A stretch of DNA of 63,818 bases, filler included, from Asterionella formosa (taxonomy: Eukaryota): assembly GCA_002256025.1 (NCBI GenBank). It is 23 parts of 23 records of this genome, joined end to end, with 100 filler letters (N's around TTAATTAATTAA, not from the genome) between each part and the next. Parts side by side here need not be neighbours in the genome. Positions count along the whole stretch, not along the records: positions 62,216 to 63,818 come from NKIB01001783.1; 22 more parts are not named here. One strand, 5' to 3'. The notes under the pieces were generated by a model that worked only from the letters and a program-made list of their open reading frames with translations, was not told the DNA's origin and made no database searches. The position numbers and the translations under genes are program-made. Shown here in pieces: positions 62,457-63,818 of the stretch (its first letter is position 1; each line of letters starts with the position of its first letter).

Positions 62457-63029
62457 AATGTTTGGTTCTCTAGGTGAACAAATCGAACGATTACAGGATG
62501 ATAGAGGAGAAGGTGAAAGTGTTGACATTACGTTATTTGCATTCCCGAGCTGTGCCGATGAGACAACAGAATCAGGGGAATATTCTCACAGAGTGGTCGA
62601 ATTGATTGTAAACCAGATTATTACCGGTACTGTTACTTGAAGTGAGCAGGCGAATTGCTGAAGGCAAAAACAATTTAACATTCAGGTCTCGTAAAAATAA
62701 TACCGAGTCTACCGAGATAATATAATAATGTGTTCAAAGTAAGCGTTAAAGTTTAGCTTGAACCACGCATGGTTGTTTCGAGTACCACGTACGTATGTAG
62801 GCTAGATGACTGCTAGTAGAATATCCGTTAAGAAGCGTCATCACATGCATGACCGGAGCAAAAACAATACATATAATAATTAAATATATGTAGTCAAAAG
62901 GGTTAGTATTTAAATTACGAGGGCATTTATCACAATTATTAGATGATAACGAAAAATTATGATCAGATGATCATAATCTTATGATGCATCATGGAAATAT
63001 GATGGATTTTATTTGCAGACGTCGCTCTA

Positions 63030-63730
63030 TTGACATGTGTAGCATCTGTGGACCCAAGACATCCAGGGAAACCTGCCTGTGTCATTTCAAACATGTGATG
63101 CTCTGCTTCCAATGGGTTTGTAGGAGTTCTAGCATGCATATTTTTTGTAAAGGATGGTACTTCCAACTTCAATGAAGGCATGGAAGAATTGCCTGTGGGT
63201 CTCTTGACTGATACCATTATTCTCCTCAATGTCATCAAAAGTCCATCCTCTCCCAAGGTACCTGAATGCTCCTAAAACCATAAGTTCAAGGGGTTATGAT
63301 GCCCTTCCTGATGCATCAGGTCGAGTCCAGCGAGTAACCAATTTGAATCTCTAGCATCAACAACAAGCAAATTGGAGGAACTGGTTGTGTGGTAGCTAGT
63401 CGAAATCTGCGGCGGAATTTCTTTTGAAATGACAATGATTCAACTGCTGGTCTGGAAATGTATAGTATATACCAGTTTGACATCACAGGAGTTATCATTT
63501 GAATTAGCCCTTCGTCGTCATTGATGTATTCACAGACCTTGTTCTTTCCTCTCACTCTAACTCTTGGGGGTAGAGGCACATTGTTAAGACCTTGTTTTTC
63601 TGGAGTGGGCATGAGTAGAGTTCTTCCAAAATCAGACAAAATTTGAAGATACTGGAAGTATTTCTCTGGTTCTACCTCACCATTAGCATCTAGACATTGT
63701 ACACATTTTGGTGAAATGTGGGTTTGATGA
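63030..63730 (-). mobile_element. Decayed PIF/Harbinger-type transposase fragment (second family)
   Basis: Frameshifted pieces FQKKFRRRFRL, PLELMVLGAFRYLGRGWTFDDIEE and AGFPGCLGSTDATHV; similarity stops after the first catalytic Asp. Confidence 0.8.
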
Positions 63731-63732
63731 CG

Positions 63733-63811
<79 letters not shown>
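63733..63811. repeat. (GTT)n microsatellite, about 26 units
   Basis: Perfect trinucleotide run at the contig end. Confidence 0.97.
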
Positions 63812-63812
<1 letters not shown>

Positions 63813-63818
63813 TTGATG

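Overview
Eukaryotic nuclear DNA, most likely a diatom: it has short GT-AG introns, a mevalonate pathway gene, a PGRL1 fragment, an EF-hand alternative oxidase and a CoDi-like Copia element. The window is not one locus. It is 23 unrelated pieces joined by 22 artificial 100-nt spacers (44 N + TTAATTAATTAA + 44 N): 22 contigs of about 1.6 kb, mostly repeat-derived, and one 26-kb scaffold (11950-38244). The scaffold carries ordinary genes: a spliced secreted protein, diphosphomevalonate decarboxylase, an ABCB half-transporter, IMP1 peptidase, a TLC-domain protein, an AOX whose N-terminal EF-hand is formed across a GC-AG intron, and WDR24/SEA2. It also holds two decayed elements with inverted CCAATACAAGG arrays. 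The small contigs hold PIF/Harbinger, Copia, pogo-like, Kolobok-like and LINE fragments, decayed armadillo arrays, intron-rich pseudogenes, and broken PGRL1 and glucokinase fragments. The most striking sequence-level signal is a pervasive TA>TACCGGTA micro-insertion. Filled and empty sites in paralogous repeats show it directly, and it looks like an excision footprint of TA-targeting transposons. I see no CRISPR, rRNA, tRNA or prokaryote-type system, and adjacency across spacers has no biological meaning.
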